DNA from: Octopus vulgaris
Lineage: Eukaryota
Length of the DNA: 64,000 nucleotides
NCBI GenBank assembly: GCA_951406725.2
Contig: OX597823.1
Coordinates: 7,378,001 to 7,442,000, forward strand
Reading direction: 5' to 3'
Shown here: piece by piece, positions 1-12,628 of the stretch
Position numbering within the stretch: the stretch's first letter is position 1
Layout: each line of letters starts with the position of its first letter
The notes under the pieces: model-generated
What the model saw: the letters and a program-made list of their open reading frames with translations, nothing else
Databases searched by the model: none
Told to the model about the DNA's origin: nothing
Position numbers and translations under genes: made by a program

Positions 1-112
1 TCTCTATCTACCAAGACTACTCACAAGGCTTTGGTTGGTCCCAATCTATTGTACTTACCCAAAGTGCTACAGAAGCAAGCTTTTAGCCTCTTTCTCACAG
101 AGTAACGCCTTC

Positions 113-258
<146 letters not shown>

Positions 259-388
259 TTATGACCTACAACCACATTGCATTTGTTGTTCTTTTCTTAT
301 GGTCAGAATCGGCACACGAGGAGTATGGAGCAAACAATTCTTCTTTATAACATGGTTTTCGGTCATTTTCTGATGAACAACGCTGCAG

Positions 389-775
389 TTCCGTCTACCA
401 AATTTAGTCACAAGTCTGTGTCTGGTCAAGGGCTATAGTAGAAAACCCTTGCCCAAGGTACCATGCAGACTGAACATGGAACCATGTGGCTGGAAAGCAA
501 ACTTCTCAACCACGCAGTCATTCTTGAACTTTGCGTATGTGTGTGTGTGTGTGTGTGTCTTCGCGCGCTTGCGTGTGCGTGTGCGTGTGTGTGTTTACAT
601 TTGTTGTTAAATCGAGTATCGTGTCTCACCATGTCTCAAAATTAACAGTTCATCAAACAGAGTTCTATAAAATAAATGTCAGATTGAAATACGTACTCAC
701 CTGAGTATGATCAATTAAGTTTTTGAAGATGATACCCCATCATGGCGACAGTCGAATGACTAAACCCAGTAAAAT
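389..775. mobile_element. Diverged SINE family A pieces (head on minus, tail on plus)
   Basis: Degenerate matches to the SINE A head (ttccgtctaccaaat...accatgtgg) and tail (catggcgacagtcgaatgact). Confidence 0.6.
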
Positions 776-1624
776 AATGTTTAAAGACTTAATGGCTTCA
801 AATCTAAGGTAACCACAAGATAATGAGTTCAAAACTTCGTATTGAACTTCCACTCCATACGATAACACTATTTGTACATCTCAGTCTACTTCACTTCCAA
901 CAATTAACAATTGTAATTTGAAGTTGAATGGTTCGTAGTAAGAAAGATGTCCCGATTTCTTTAAAAATTATTGTGCAAAAAATTCTGAGAAAAAGTATAT
1001 TTTTCAACACAAAAAAACCCCACATACACGCACAGCGGTGGCTCTTGGTAAATTGAGCTACTATAAATAGCAGTTAAATCTCTCTTAAAACACACACTTT
1101 CATTGAAAGAAAGACAGAATTACAGTATTTCAGAAAGAAGAAAAAAACTATGTGATGTGTCTGTTACATCAGAGGCAACTCTGGGCTAAACAAAACACAG
1201 ACAAATATACTTCACATTAAACGATTATCTACTAAATAATACTAATAAAGTTGAGGGTATATCTTTGAAGTTTCATTCCCTGGTAAAACTCCATGTATTT
1301 TAAACATTTTCTCAAAAAGATTGTTCAGGCTGAGTTGCCTCTTTTAGCTAAAGACCTCAAAATTGTGAGACCCGACCTCGTTTTCGAGGTTATTTTTGTA
1401 ATAAAAAAGAGTTGTTGTGGAAAGACCATCCTTTAATTGGTAGCCGAAAGATTACTGAATCTTTTGATACCTGATACATCAAAATCGGCAACTCAGTTTT
1501 CGAATCCGTAGGGAACATACGCACACACACAAACTCTGGCTTATATATATACATATACATACATATATACACACACACACATACAAACACACACACATAT
1601 ATATACATACATACATACATACAT

Positions 1625-1659
<35 letters not shown>

Positions 1660-1660
1660 T

Positions 1661-1960
1661 GTGGAGGCACATGACCTTTTGGTTAAAGTAGCGAACTCGC
1701 GGTCGAGGGATCGCGGGTTCGAATCTCAAACCGAGCGATGTGTGTGTTTATGAGCGAAACACCAAAGCTCCACGCGGCTGCGGCAGAAGGTAATGGTGAA
1801 CTTCTGCTGACTCTTTTGCCACAACTTTCTCTTACTCTTTCCTCCTGCATCTTGCAGCTCACCTTCGACGAACCGGCGTCCCGTCAAAGTGGGAAACCTA
1901 TGCGCCAAGCAAACCGAGTAACCGGCCCTATGATTCAGACGTGGCTCGAGAGGGAAAAAC
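1661..1960 (+). mobile_element. SINE family C copy (tRNA-derived head)
   Basis: A/B-box-like head (ggttcgaatctc) and body tgtttatgagcgaaacacc...gctccacg shared with 9622-10010. Confidence 0.75.
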
Positions 1961-2002
1961 AACATACATACATACATACATAAACACACACACACACATA
2001 TA

Positions 2003-2103
<101 letters not shown>

Positions 2104-2201
2104 GGTGAATACTTGATAATTGTAAGCACCTGTATATACCATTTAGTGATGTAGGTGATAGAGTATATTAATCAAAATGAAAACATGATGCCAGGGATTC
2201 A

Positions 2202-2279
2202 GTGGTACATATGTTTCGGGCCTATATTAGACGGTTTTATAACAATGCATAATGTGTGTCTATAGCCTTCTTCAGCCGC
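2202..2279 (-). ncRNA. Type I hammerhead ribozyme motif with long stem II
   Basis: Minus strand: gcgg CTGAAGA aggctatagac...gtctaatataggccc GAAA CATATG TA ccac. Intact core, palindromic helix III, GUA triplet; helix I has one mismatch. Confidence 0.65.
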
Positions 2280-2535
2280 GTACAATTACTATTTCAAGGA
2301 CATGTATTACATTATAAGTTTTACGTTGGGGATGCAAATCCTCATAGTCGCATACGACAGAGTGGGGCACCAACACAAAAACGAAGTGTCCATCACCTCT
2401 TTCACTCGATGTAGAATGAGGAAGTTAAAGACTTTTTCATTTCCCGAGCATTATACTAATACATCTGTTTGTTGTCTACATCACCTGTCTTTGTCTTTTG
2501 TTATTTTTGTGAATTCTCCCTATACATATATATAC

Positions 2536-2582
<47 letters not shown>

Positions 2583-2587
<5 letters not shown>

Positions 2588-2993
2588 CTGTGTGGTAAGT
2601 AGCTTGCTAACCAACCACATGGTTCCGGGTTCAGTCCCACTGCGTGGCATCTTGGGCAAGTGTCTTCTTCTATAGCCCCGGGCCGACCAATGCCTTGTGA
2701 GTGGATTTTGTAGACGGAAACTGAAAGAAACCTGTCGTATATATGTATATATATATATATCTATATATATGTGTGTGTGTGTGTTTGTGTGTCTGTGTTT
2801 GTCCCCATAGCATTGCTTGACAACCGATGCTGGTGTGTTTACGTCCCCGTCACTTAGCGGTTCAGCAAAAGAGACCGATAGAATAAGTACTGGGCTTACA
2901 AAGAATAAGTCCCGGGGTCGATTTGCTCGACTAAAGGCGGTGCTCCAGCATGGCCACAGTCAAATGACTGAAACAAGTAAAAGAGAATAAAAG

Positions 2994-2996
<3 letters not shown>
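2583..2996 (+). mobile_element. SINE family A, near full length
   Basis: tRNA-like head (tggctgtgtggtaag...gggttcagtccc), cttgggcaagtg core, internal (TA)(TG) tract, tail gactgaaacaagtaaaaga. Confidence 0.9.
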
Positions 2997-3039
<43 letters not shown>

Positions 3040-3044
3040 TATAT

Positions 3045-3134
<90 letters not shown>

Positions 3135-3317
3135 GTGTGTGTGTTATATATATAGATAAAAGTTCAATTAAACGTTAAATACCCCATTAAGGGATAATGT
3201 GTGTGTGTGGTTTATTACCTATTATTAATATTGAATATTGTATTATTTATATTGAATATTCAACCATAAGGTAATTAGATAAACCGAGGTTTATATTTAA
3301 CTAAGAAAAAAAAGAAA

Positions 3318-3642
3318 ATAGAGATAAATCAGTTAATAATTATTTATTAATTACAAAAATAGACATAATCTATGACAGCTGCTTCGATTCAAACTTTGGA
3401 TATTGATTAGAATAATTAAAGCATTATAAAGTGTACGAAGCGTTTCAGCTGATACGCTCCGTACACTTAACACACAAAAAAACCAAAAATGTAATGGTAT
3501 GCCTTTTTCTACTTCCGACGAGATTCAACTTCATAACGTTTTAATTATTCGAATTGACATCTAATGTTTGAATGGAAACAGCTGTCAGAGAATATGTCAT
3601 TTTTGTAATTAATAAATAATTATTACATGATTTATCTCTATT
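3318..3642. repeat. Imperfect fold-back with variant HHR on plus strand (3508-3590)
   Basis: Arms atagagataaatc...atgacagctgc and aacagctgtca...gatttatctctat. Plus strand: CCGACGA gATTCAA...TTGAATg GAAA CAGCTG TC. Confidence 0.6.
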
Positions 3643-3717
3643 TTATTATTATTTTTTTCTCTTACACACACACACACACATAATGCCTACATATATGTAT
3701 GTGTGTATTATGAATGA

Positions 3718-3916
3718 AATGAAGTCAAACCATATAGTGACATGAAATTATTTAGTACGTACGTTTAAGGTTTGCGCTATATACAATAGGAAATGCATCC
3801 ATTACGTAAACCTTCCTCAGTTGAAGTATTTCATGCATTTCCTTTAATTTAAAATGCAAACCTGAAACGTACGTATTAAATGATTTCAAAATATCATTAT
3901 TAGGTTTGACTTCATT
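3718..3916. repeat. Imperfect fold-back with near-HHR on minus strand (3751-3825)
   Basis: Arms aatgaagtcaaacc and ggtttgacttcatt. Minus strand: CTGAGGA AGGTTT...AAACCT TAAA CGTACG TA. The plus arm retains GAAA CGTACG TA at 3864-3875. Confidence 0.6.
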
Positions 3917-4070
3917 ATTATAGCTAATACCACTCGATTCCAGTACAAACTAGCCGGTTTTGACTCCGTTTATGTGTACACTCTAACGACGATTTGAAGA
4001 TTTGAAGTAGGCAGTTATATTTGACTCGAGTTGAAAATTGTGGAACCGTACACCGCTTCTTAGCGTAACA

Positions 4071-4125
<55 letters not shown>

Positions 4126-4126
<1 letters not shown>

Positions 4127-4247
4127 TAGCTGGCCCTGTACCGTACAAAATGACAGCTAATTGAAGTATTTTATATATAAATAAGGTACAAAATAAGATA
4201 CATAATGATCACAAATACAAACATTCACATACTTTTCTTGTAAACGC

Positions 4248-4278
<31 letters not shown>

Positions 4279-4398
4279 CTCACACAGAGTTGAAACGCTG
4301 TTTGATTTTTCTTTTCAGCGTTGAATGTTCACCATCCCACTTCCAGTTTGATATATATGTTGTGACGGAGAAAGACACAAGAATATTATTATAGTAGA
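4126..4398 (-). mobile_element. Non-autonomous Helitron
   Basis: Minus strand begins A|TCTACTATAATAATA and ends with a degenerate hairpin then CTAG|T. Confidence 0.55.
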
Positions 4399-4884
4399 TA
4401 TCGTAAGTGTAGCCAACCATGAAGAACAAATCAACAGTACAAAGAAATTAAATACCAGACCCTTGAAACGACAATCACTTTAACAGTAGCAAAACCACCA
4501 TTTCAGTACACCCACATATTCAAAGCAGTTTGCCAATGGATCTTGAGCCACAACGCATCCCTTGATACATTCAGTGGCAACGATTAACTCCTGACCTCAA
4601 CAGACAGATGGGATGTCCTTGGCGTGAGTTAATAAGTTATAAGATTACAAGTACGTCTTTGGTTATGTTTGATCATTGATATACATACATACATGCATGC
4701 ATGCATACATACATACATACATACATACATACATACATACATACATACATACATACCTGGCGGTTACTCATACCTGCGACAACGAAATACCTCCATTTCT
4801 TTTCGTTCTTTCCTGGCGACGGTAAGGAAAGTGCTGTATAAGCGAAAGCATTTGTGATTTTCCAGTTGTTCTTGCCGCTGCTTC

Positions 4885-5260
4885 CTTCGTTAGTTAGTTA
4901 TTTAATTTTTGGCTCAAAAAGCAAAAAGCAAGGTCATGTAGGGGGACATGGAGTTATGTACAGGGTGGTGTTCATGTAAAGAGTTCAGGCCACTTGAGGT
5001 CAAGGGAGACTTTGAACAAAGCGGTCATCGGCATCTTCACCATCTCGTCTGGCAGCTTGTTCCACGGATCCGCAACCCGGACGGGGAAAGCCCCTCTCCT
5101 TCGATTGAGATGAAATCGTCGCAGATAGAGCTTTTCGGAATGACCCCGCAGCCGACGCTCTGGAGCAGGAGTGAAGAACATCTCTTTCGAGAGGTTACAC
5201 TTTCCGCTTATGATGTTGTGAGCGAGAATGAGATCACCACGTTGAAGTGCCTCTATTAAC
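4885..5260 (-). mobile_element. CR1-type LINE 3' fragment
   Basis: ORF 4972-5322 contains RGHSEKLYLRRFHLNRRRGAFPVRVADPWNKLP, the typical CR1 ORF2 C-terminus, followed by a short (TAAC) tail. Confidence 0.85.
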
Positions 5261-5514
5261 AAACAGGCTGACAGGCGGAGTCTTGGTCTTGCCATTGTCA
5301 TACCGTTGTATGTCTTCGTCACAATGGAAACTTCTGGAAGAGAGGCACTATATTTGTTATTTTGGAATATATTTAAAAGTGAGCGAGTAAGTGTGCGTGT
5401 GCGTGTGTGTGGTGTGTGTGTGTGTGTGTTTATGTGTGTGTGTGTATATTTGTGTGTGTGATGTGTGTGTATATTTGTGTGTGTATGTGTGTTTGTGTGT
5501 GTGTGTGTGCGTGC

Positions 5515-5554
<40 letters not shown>

Positions 5555-5734
5555 TTGTGTGTGTGTTTGTGTGTGTATGTGTGTTTGTGTTTGTGCGTGT
5601 GGTGTGGTGGTGTGGTGGTGGTGTGTGTATGTGTGTGTGTGTTCTTTGTAACTGAAATATCACGAAATCGGGGTGAAATCCCTTTGGTTTTCTCAACAAG
5701 ACATTTCTTCAGTTTTTTTTGAATATTTTGTTTT

Positions 5735-6182
5735 ACCCAAGAATATCTACGAATGTTGGTCGATGACCAACATTGAGTACAGTCGTGAATACAAGCGACC
5801 GAAATGGGGGTTCCTTCGAAGGATTCCTAGAGTAACGTTGCTTGACAGGGTACGCAGCTTGGCCATTAGCGAGTCTCTCCAGGTCCGAACCGTCGCTACA
5901 CTTCCTCATTGAAAGGTCACAGCTCTGCTACTATGGACATGTGATTAGAATGTTGCAGGTAAGAATCGCAAGACGGATTCTTGAAGCCGAGTGAACTGGG
6001 AGGAAACGTCGGGATGGGCCAAGAATGAGATGGCGGGACAATATCTTTAATCTCAGCTGGTCACGCTTGGGGACCCAGCCGGAAAGTCTAATGACGGTTG
6101 TTTCTGATAGGACCTTATGTAAGGGATACCTGCACACTATACCCTCCCAGGAATAGTGGAGGAGACGTATAGAAGGATGGAT
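5735..6182 (+). mobile_element. RTE-type LINE 3' fragment
   Basis: Frameshifted FLRRIPRVTLLDRVRS, GHVIRM and GPRMRWRDNI motifs; ggatgg tail. Confidence 0.8.
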
Positions 6183-6289
6183 GTGTGTGCGTATGTGTGT
6201 GTGTGTGCGTATGTGTGTGTGCGTGTGTGTGATAAGAAAATATTTTACATAAATATGCATGCACCCACGCCATATTTGTGCACAATTAA

Positions 6290-6688
6290 TCTTTATATAT
6301 AAAAGTGAGGTTGTGTGCTGTCTGTCTCCTACGATTTAGATTCCTAACTACTCCCACATTTTGCGGTGCAGTTTAACCAAAACCGGGTATCTTATAGTCG
6401 TGATTCATATCGAGCCCTTCTGGGTATTTGCGCGCGTCTACGATGAGTCTACGATTAAAAAAAAAATTACCATCATTTTTCCCATTTTAATGCATTTTTT
6501 CACTATTATATAAGGGAAGTAACTCTCTAAAAATGTATTATTAAATCTCAGAACGTAAAAAGCTACAGTAACCCCCCCCCACCTTTGTGGTTAGCCATAT
6601 TGAGATGGCTATTATACTTTACATCTCTAAAAATGCTTATATAGTTATTTCCCTTACAAACCCGAGCAACGCCGGGCGATACTGCTAG
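6290..6688 (+). mobile_element. Non-autonomous Helitron (399 bp)
   Basis: A|TCTTTATATATAAAAG 5' end; CCCGAGCAACGCCGGG hairpin at 6661-6676; CTAG|T 3' end. Confidence 0.85.
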
Positions 6689-7040
6689 TTTTACATAAAT
6701 ATGCATGCACCCACGCCACATTTGTGCACAATTTAATCCCTAATAATAGTAAACGTATATGCTCAGATGAAGTCACTTAATGAAAAGTCCTTTATATATT
6801 ATCAGCGAAAAGCAAGGAGCTGGCGGAATCATTAGTGTCAGAAAAAATGCTCTTCGTTATTGTTCCCGTTCTTTACAGTTTGAAATCAATTCCCACAAAA
6901 TGCAACTTTGACTACCTATATAGATGACTATAAGTTTAAATACATATGCACACACATACATAATGCACACACACATATACACACACACTCACACACACGC
7001 ACATATATATATATACACATACACACATATATTTATATAT

Positions 7041-7082
<42 letters not shown>

Positions 7083-7924
7083 ATATATATAATGAAACAT
7101 AAGCTGTTCCCTAAGTGTATACAGACACACACACACGCACAAACAAACACAATGAGGAACAGATTTTCTTTTTCATTAGGTACACGATTATGTGATCATG
7201 TGATCATGTTCAAGTTTTATCGTTTCCACTTTAGGCTTTACGTATTTAATAAGTTTTTACAGTTGGTTTAAAATAATAGAGTTCCTAAATTCATATTCAA
7301 CGTTTCCAGACATTCACAGTCTCGTTTTCAAGAAATGAATATATATGCATTTCGTTGTTTCTTACATACTCGATGAATTTGTATAGATTGTAATGCCAAA
7401 TGTTGTTTTTTTTTTACTGTTAGCTTAATACATCAGAGGTCACGTGACTATTTGTTTGTTGTGGTCAAACTTTAACGGTTTTTCTTTATGTGTGTATCAG
7501 TAGACAAATGTTAATGATCAGATGTATGTATTTTCTGTCAGTTTTGGTATATTTTTCTTTCAACACTGTCCAGCTATGGAATATGCAGTTTCGGCGTCAA
7601 GGAGAGTGCTGTTTACCTTTTGTCCACGCCACGAACGCAAGAAATTTCATAAGGTGTCTTTTGCATAGGAGACAAAGACAAACCGAAGAAATATTGTTAA
7701 TTACCTCGAAGTAGTTCAGAGACGACATAAATAGATGAGGAGAAATAATTGTTAAAATGGTTAAATATAATGAATAAGTAAGGGGATAACAAGAACAGGA
7801 AACACTATAGTAGAGCCCCACTAGAGAAAAGAAAAGAAGAAAAAAACCCAACACAATAAGTCTTTTATGACTGGAATAAAACAAATCAAAATAATATATA
7901 TATATATATATATCTATATATATA

Positions 7925-8772
7925 TATACGTTCGTATATGTATTCGTATGTTATATGTATATATTTCTATTTATGTGCTATCTGTGTATATTCCACTGAT
8001 GAAGTAAAGCATTTCTTATGCAGAGCCAGAAATCCGGGATCTGGAATTATCCAGTAATTCTTTTGCTAGTTTATTTTGTCTTTTTGTCTTCTCTCCTGGT
8101 GCTGTATGAACATTTAATGTGGTTTTAGAGTCAAATTTTGGCTGCTATTTCCAGCGTGGTGGTATCTTTTAGATACCCTGAATTATAATTTTTACATATA
8201 TATACATATATAAATAAGGATAAGATCGATACTTAAATACCGATCTTATCAGGTGGCCAGCACGGGAATAAAAACCTTCAAAGGTAATAATTATTATTAA
8301 AATTATAATTTAGAGTATCTAAGAGATACTACCACGCTAGAAATAGCAGGTAAAACTTGACTTTAAAACCACATTAAATGTTCATAATACAGCAGCAGGG
8401 GAGAAGACGAAGAGACAAAATGAACTAGTAAAAAAAAAAAAATAAACTGGTTGTGTGCATACGTGCATATATATGTATATATACGTTCGTATACGTAAGT
8501 ATATCGTATGTTATAAATAAATATATATATATATATATATATATATTTGTATTTATGTGCTATCTGAGTATATTCCAGTGATGAAGGCAGAGCATTTCTT
8601 ATGCAGAACCAGAAATCTGGGATCTGGAATTATCCAGTAATTTTTTTGTTAGTTTACTTTCTCTCTTTGTCTTCTCTCCTGGTGCTGTATGAACATTTAA
8701 TGTGGTTTTAGAGTCAAGTTTTGCCTGCTATTTCCAGCGTGGTGGTATCTCTTAGATACCCTAAATTATAAT
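7925..8772. repeat. Direct-inverted-direct triad of a ~270-bp HHR-bearing unit (Penelope pseudo-LTR-like)
   Basis: Copies at about 7925-8190 (+), 8298-8450 (-, partial) and 8481-8772 (+), all sharing gctatttccagcgtggtggtatct. Confidence 0.8.
7991..8046 (+). ncRNA. Type I hammerhead ribozyme motif
   Basis: TTCCA CTGATGA ...gcat ttctt atgc... GAAA TCCGGGA TC TGGAA. Helix I is TTCCA/TGGAA, AUC triplet, stem II partly decayed. The second copy at 8573-8629 has GTGATGA. Confidence 0.75.
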
Positions 8773-8782
8773 ATATATATAT

Positions 8783-8833
<51 letters not shown>

Positions 8834-9152
8834 TACACGCACACATGCACGCACGCACACACATACATACATATGTATATATTATGCATGTGTACAAGAA
8901 GTGAGTTTACAGTGACTGCGACGTTTTGGCCTGCTAGCCTTCATCGTACATATATACATATATACATGCATACACACACATCAGTACCATGCACGAAACT
9001 CTCGGCTCTTGACTCACTTTGTAACTTCTGCCTATTGATATTGCTACGATGATCCGGTTCTTGACTGAAGATTGAGGGCTTCGAATGTCCCGTCCGTGTT
9101 TTTTGTATCGTCTTCTAAGTGTTTTGCGTTCTTGTCCCAGTTAGTATTTTTC

Positions 9153-9221
<69 letters not shown>

Positions 9222-9222
<1 letters not shown>

Positions 9223-11527
9223 ATCAAAAACATCAAGCAGAACTCAAAAGTGTTCTGTCCTTATGCAAATAAGCATAGAACCGCTGTCTCACCCACTAGG
9301 CCATTGATCGATAACGGCATTCCCCGACACGATGCTAAAGAAATGGCAGAAATACTGCAGAAACAATACTGCTCTGTCTTTTGTGATCCCACTGATATTG
9401 ATGTAAGAGAAGCGAACGAAGTTGATTCCCAACATAAAATCTCGGACATAACCTTTACTGCCTCTGACATCATAGCAGCAATAAATGAGGTCAAATACTA
9501 TTCTGCTGTAGGCCCTGATAGATTCCCCGCTAGTTTCCTGAAGGAATGTAAACACCAACTTGCAGTCCCTCTGACCAACCTCTGGAGAAATTCTTTAGAC
9601 TCAGGTTATATACCGAAACAGTGGAGGCGCAATGGCCCAGTGGTTAGGGCAGCGGAATCGCGGTCATAGGATCGCGGTTTCGATTCCCAGACCGGCGTTG
9701 TGAGTGTTTATTGAGCGAAAACACCTAAAAAGCTCCACGAGTCTCCGGCAGGGGATGGTGGTGATCCCTACTGTACTCTTTCACCACAACTTTCTCTCAC
9801 TCTTACTTCCTGTTTCTCTTGTACCTGTATTTCAAAGGGCCGGCCTTGTAACTCTCTGTGTCACGCTGAATATCCCCGAGAACTACGTTAAGGGTGCACG
9901 TGTCTGTGGAGTGCTCAGCCACTTACACGTTAATTTCACGAGCAGGCTGTTCCGTTGATTCGGATCAACCGGAACCTTCATCGTCGTAACCGACGGAGTG
10001 CTTCCATCCCATACCGAAACAGCCTCTAACCCAGTCTGTCATCTCGGTTTTCAAACAGGGAAACAGATCCTTCGCAGTCAACTATCGCCCAATTTCACTT
10101 ACCCCCCACATTATCAAAGTGTTTGAAAGAGTGGTAAGATCAAGGATTGCTGGTTTTCTGGAGACCCACAAACTCCTAAATGCAAATCAGCATGACTTTC
10201 GCTGTGGCAGGGACTGTCTAACACAGCTCTTACACCACATTGAGGATACACTTAAAGCCTTGGGAACAGGTTCGAACTCTGATGTCATATATCTTGACTT
10301 CAGTAAAGCGTTCGACAGGGTTGACCATAATATCTTACTCTCAAAATTGGCAAATGTTGGAATCCGTGGAAAGCTTCGACACTGGATTGAGTATTTCCTG
10401 GCGAATAGAACACAACATGTTGTAATTGATGGAGTCCACTCAAGCCCAGCAAAATTGATGGAGTCCACTCAAGCCCAGCGGTGTCCCCTAGGGGAGTGTC
10501 TTGGGTCCGCTACTCTTCATAATTTACATAAACGACCTTTCCAGGGTCGTAAATCACTGCAAAGTGAAAAATATTTGATGATGACACTAAGCTCCAGCAA
10601 ATCATCAATGAAGAAGAAGACCAAACTCAACTCCAGTCTGATCTATATGCGGTGAGTCAATGGACAGACAAAAACAAAATGCAACTAAACGAGGGAAAAT
10701 TTGAGCTGATGCATTTTGGAAGAAAGACTATACTAAAACAGCCATACTCTCTTCCTTCAGGGGAACCGCTCACAGCGTCTAATAATATCAGAGACCTAAG
10801 TGTAATTGTTGATAACAATCTCAGTTGGAGTGCCCACATCAGCAATAAGGTCGATATATCTCGTAGGAAGAGCTCCTACATCTTAAGAACAAGGTGTCAT
10901 CATTCCACTTTTCTCCTCCTTTGTACGGCCACACCTCGAATACTGCTTCCCCCTGTGGTCTCCCCATACAAAACAAAACATCTCGAAAATTGAATCACCC
11001 CAGAGTGCACTCACTAGACGAATTAAAGGCATGACTGCTCTCGATTAATGGGGCCACCTTAAAGCCTTGAAATTCTACTCTCTCCAGCGCCGCTGAGAAC
11101 GGTACATCATTTGCACGATGTGGAGAATATACCGCCAGCATTGCCCAAACGACCTGAACATTAGCTTCAATGTTCATCCAAGGCTGGGACCACGGGCCAT
11201 ACGTCCCCTGCTCAATTCAGCATCACAACATATAGGTACACTGCGAAGCAATTTCTTTTCCTCGACAAGCCCTGCCCTCTTTAACATTGTCCCAAAACTT
11301 ATCAAAGAGGAAAAGGATCCCATCACCTTTAAGCGGAATCTGGACAAATATCTTCAAGGAATACCAGATAACCCACCTATACCTGGATACAACTCACTCA
11401 ACAAGAACTCACTACTTGAATGGACCATAATACCACAAAACTTGACTTAAAAAGGATTTAGATAATCATTTCAGGTGGTGCTATTAAGTTAGACATGGAC
11501 TGGACCAATCTTTGGTTGAAACATATC
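9222..11527 (+). mobile_element. Decayed CR1/L2-type LINE ORF2 (reverse transcriptase) with 3' UTR
   Basis: Motifs GPDRFPASFLKEC, NYRPISL, YLDFSKAFDRVDH, a frameshifted GSVLGP region, FKRNLDKYLQGIPD. Interrupted by a SINE C; 27-bp tandem duplication at 10424-10479. Confidence 0.92.
9622..10010 (+). mobile_element. SINE family C, full length with 12-bp TSD
   Basis: tRNA-like head TGGCCCAGTGGTTAGGG...GGTTTCGATTCCC; TSD ATACCGAAACAG at 9610-9621 and 10011-10022. Confidence 0.92.
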
Positions 11528-11655
11528 TAAATTTTATTTAAGTTTATATATATATATATATATGTATATGGAAGTATGTGTGTGAGCGGATGTGTGTGTA
11601 TGTACGTATGTATGCGTATGCAAACGTGCGTGTGCGCAGACCTGCACACACACAC

Positions 11656-11709
<54 letters not shown>

Positions 11710-12020
11710 ACACACACACACACGCACGCACTCAATCAATCACTCACTTTCTTATATATGATTGTTTAAGTCGTTCGAACGAGTGATTTATTTGCTTATC
11801 TATTCTTTGAGGTAGCGAGTTAAGTGGTTAAATATTCTACAGACGCGTGTTGAGGTAATATTCAGACAGGTGTGATACATCCGACAGAAGTCTTGCACAT
11901 AGTGGCATGAGGCGTGGGCTACCGGGAGACTGTCGTTAGAAATATTTATTCAAATCCCGGAGTCGCATCTTGACAAAGGTGTTTCACGTTAAAGAAGTTA
12001 CCATAAACAAAACTCTCAAA

Positions 12021-12628
12021 AGGCGGCGAGCTGGCAGAATGGTTAGCACGTCGGGCGAAATGCGTAGCCGTATTTCGTTTGCCGTTACGTTCTGAGTTCA
12101 AATTCCGCCGAGGTCGACCTTGCTTTCATCCTTTCGGGGTCGATAAATTAATTACCAGTTAGTTACGCACTGGGGTCGATGTAATCGACTTAATCCGTTT
12201 GTCTGTCCTTGTTTGTCCACTCTGTGTGTAGCCCCTTGTGGGCAGTGAAGAAATGGGTATTTCTTCTGCCGTTACGTTCTGAGTTCAAATTCCGCCGAGG
12301 TCGACCTTGCTTTCATCCTTTCGGGGTCGATAAATTAATTACCAGTTAGTTACGCACTGGGGTCGATGTAATCGACTTAATCCGTTTGTCTGTCCTTGTT
12401 TGTCCACTCTGTGTGTAGCCCCTTGTGGGCAGTGAAGAAATGGGTATTTCTTCTGCCGTTACGTTCTGAGTTCAAATTCCGCCGAGGTCGACTTTCCCTT
12501 TCATCCATTCGGGGTCGTTAAATTAAGTACCAGTTACGCACTGAGGTCGAAGCAATCGACTTAATCTGTTTGTCTGTCCTTGTTTGTACCCTCTATTTTC
12601 AACCCCTTGTGGGCAATAAAGAAATAAT
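12021..12628 (+). mobile_element. SINE family B trimer (187-bp period)
   Basis: Head ggcggcgagctggcagaa; units restart at 12071, 12258 and 12445; AAACTCTCAAA on both flanks is a TSD candidate. Confidence 0.9.

Noticed and set aside
7576-7668. Short ORF MEYAVSASRR... after a pyrimidine-rich CAG
   Set aside because: Only 30 codons, with no convincing donor site or homology cue.
8905-9095. Further HHR-like remnants (minus CGATGA..AAAACG; plus CTGAAGA..GAAT)
   Set aside because: Too many core defects and no convincing helix I, so they were not counted.
9622-9695. tRNA gene-like sequence (also the heads of SINE A and B)
   Set aside because: It continues into a SINE body, has a TSD and is multi-copy, so it is a tRNA-derived SINE head.
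12071-12628. Regular repeats suggestive of a CRISPR array
   Set aside because: These are 187-bp SINE units without unique spacers, in eukaryotic DNA with no cas genes.
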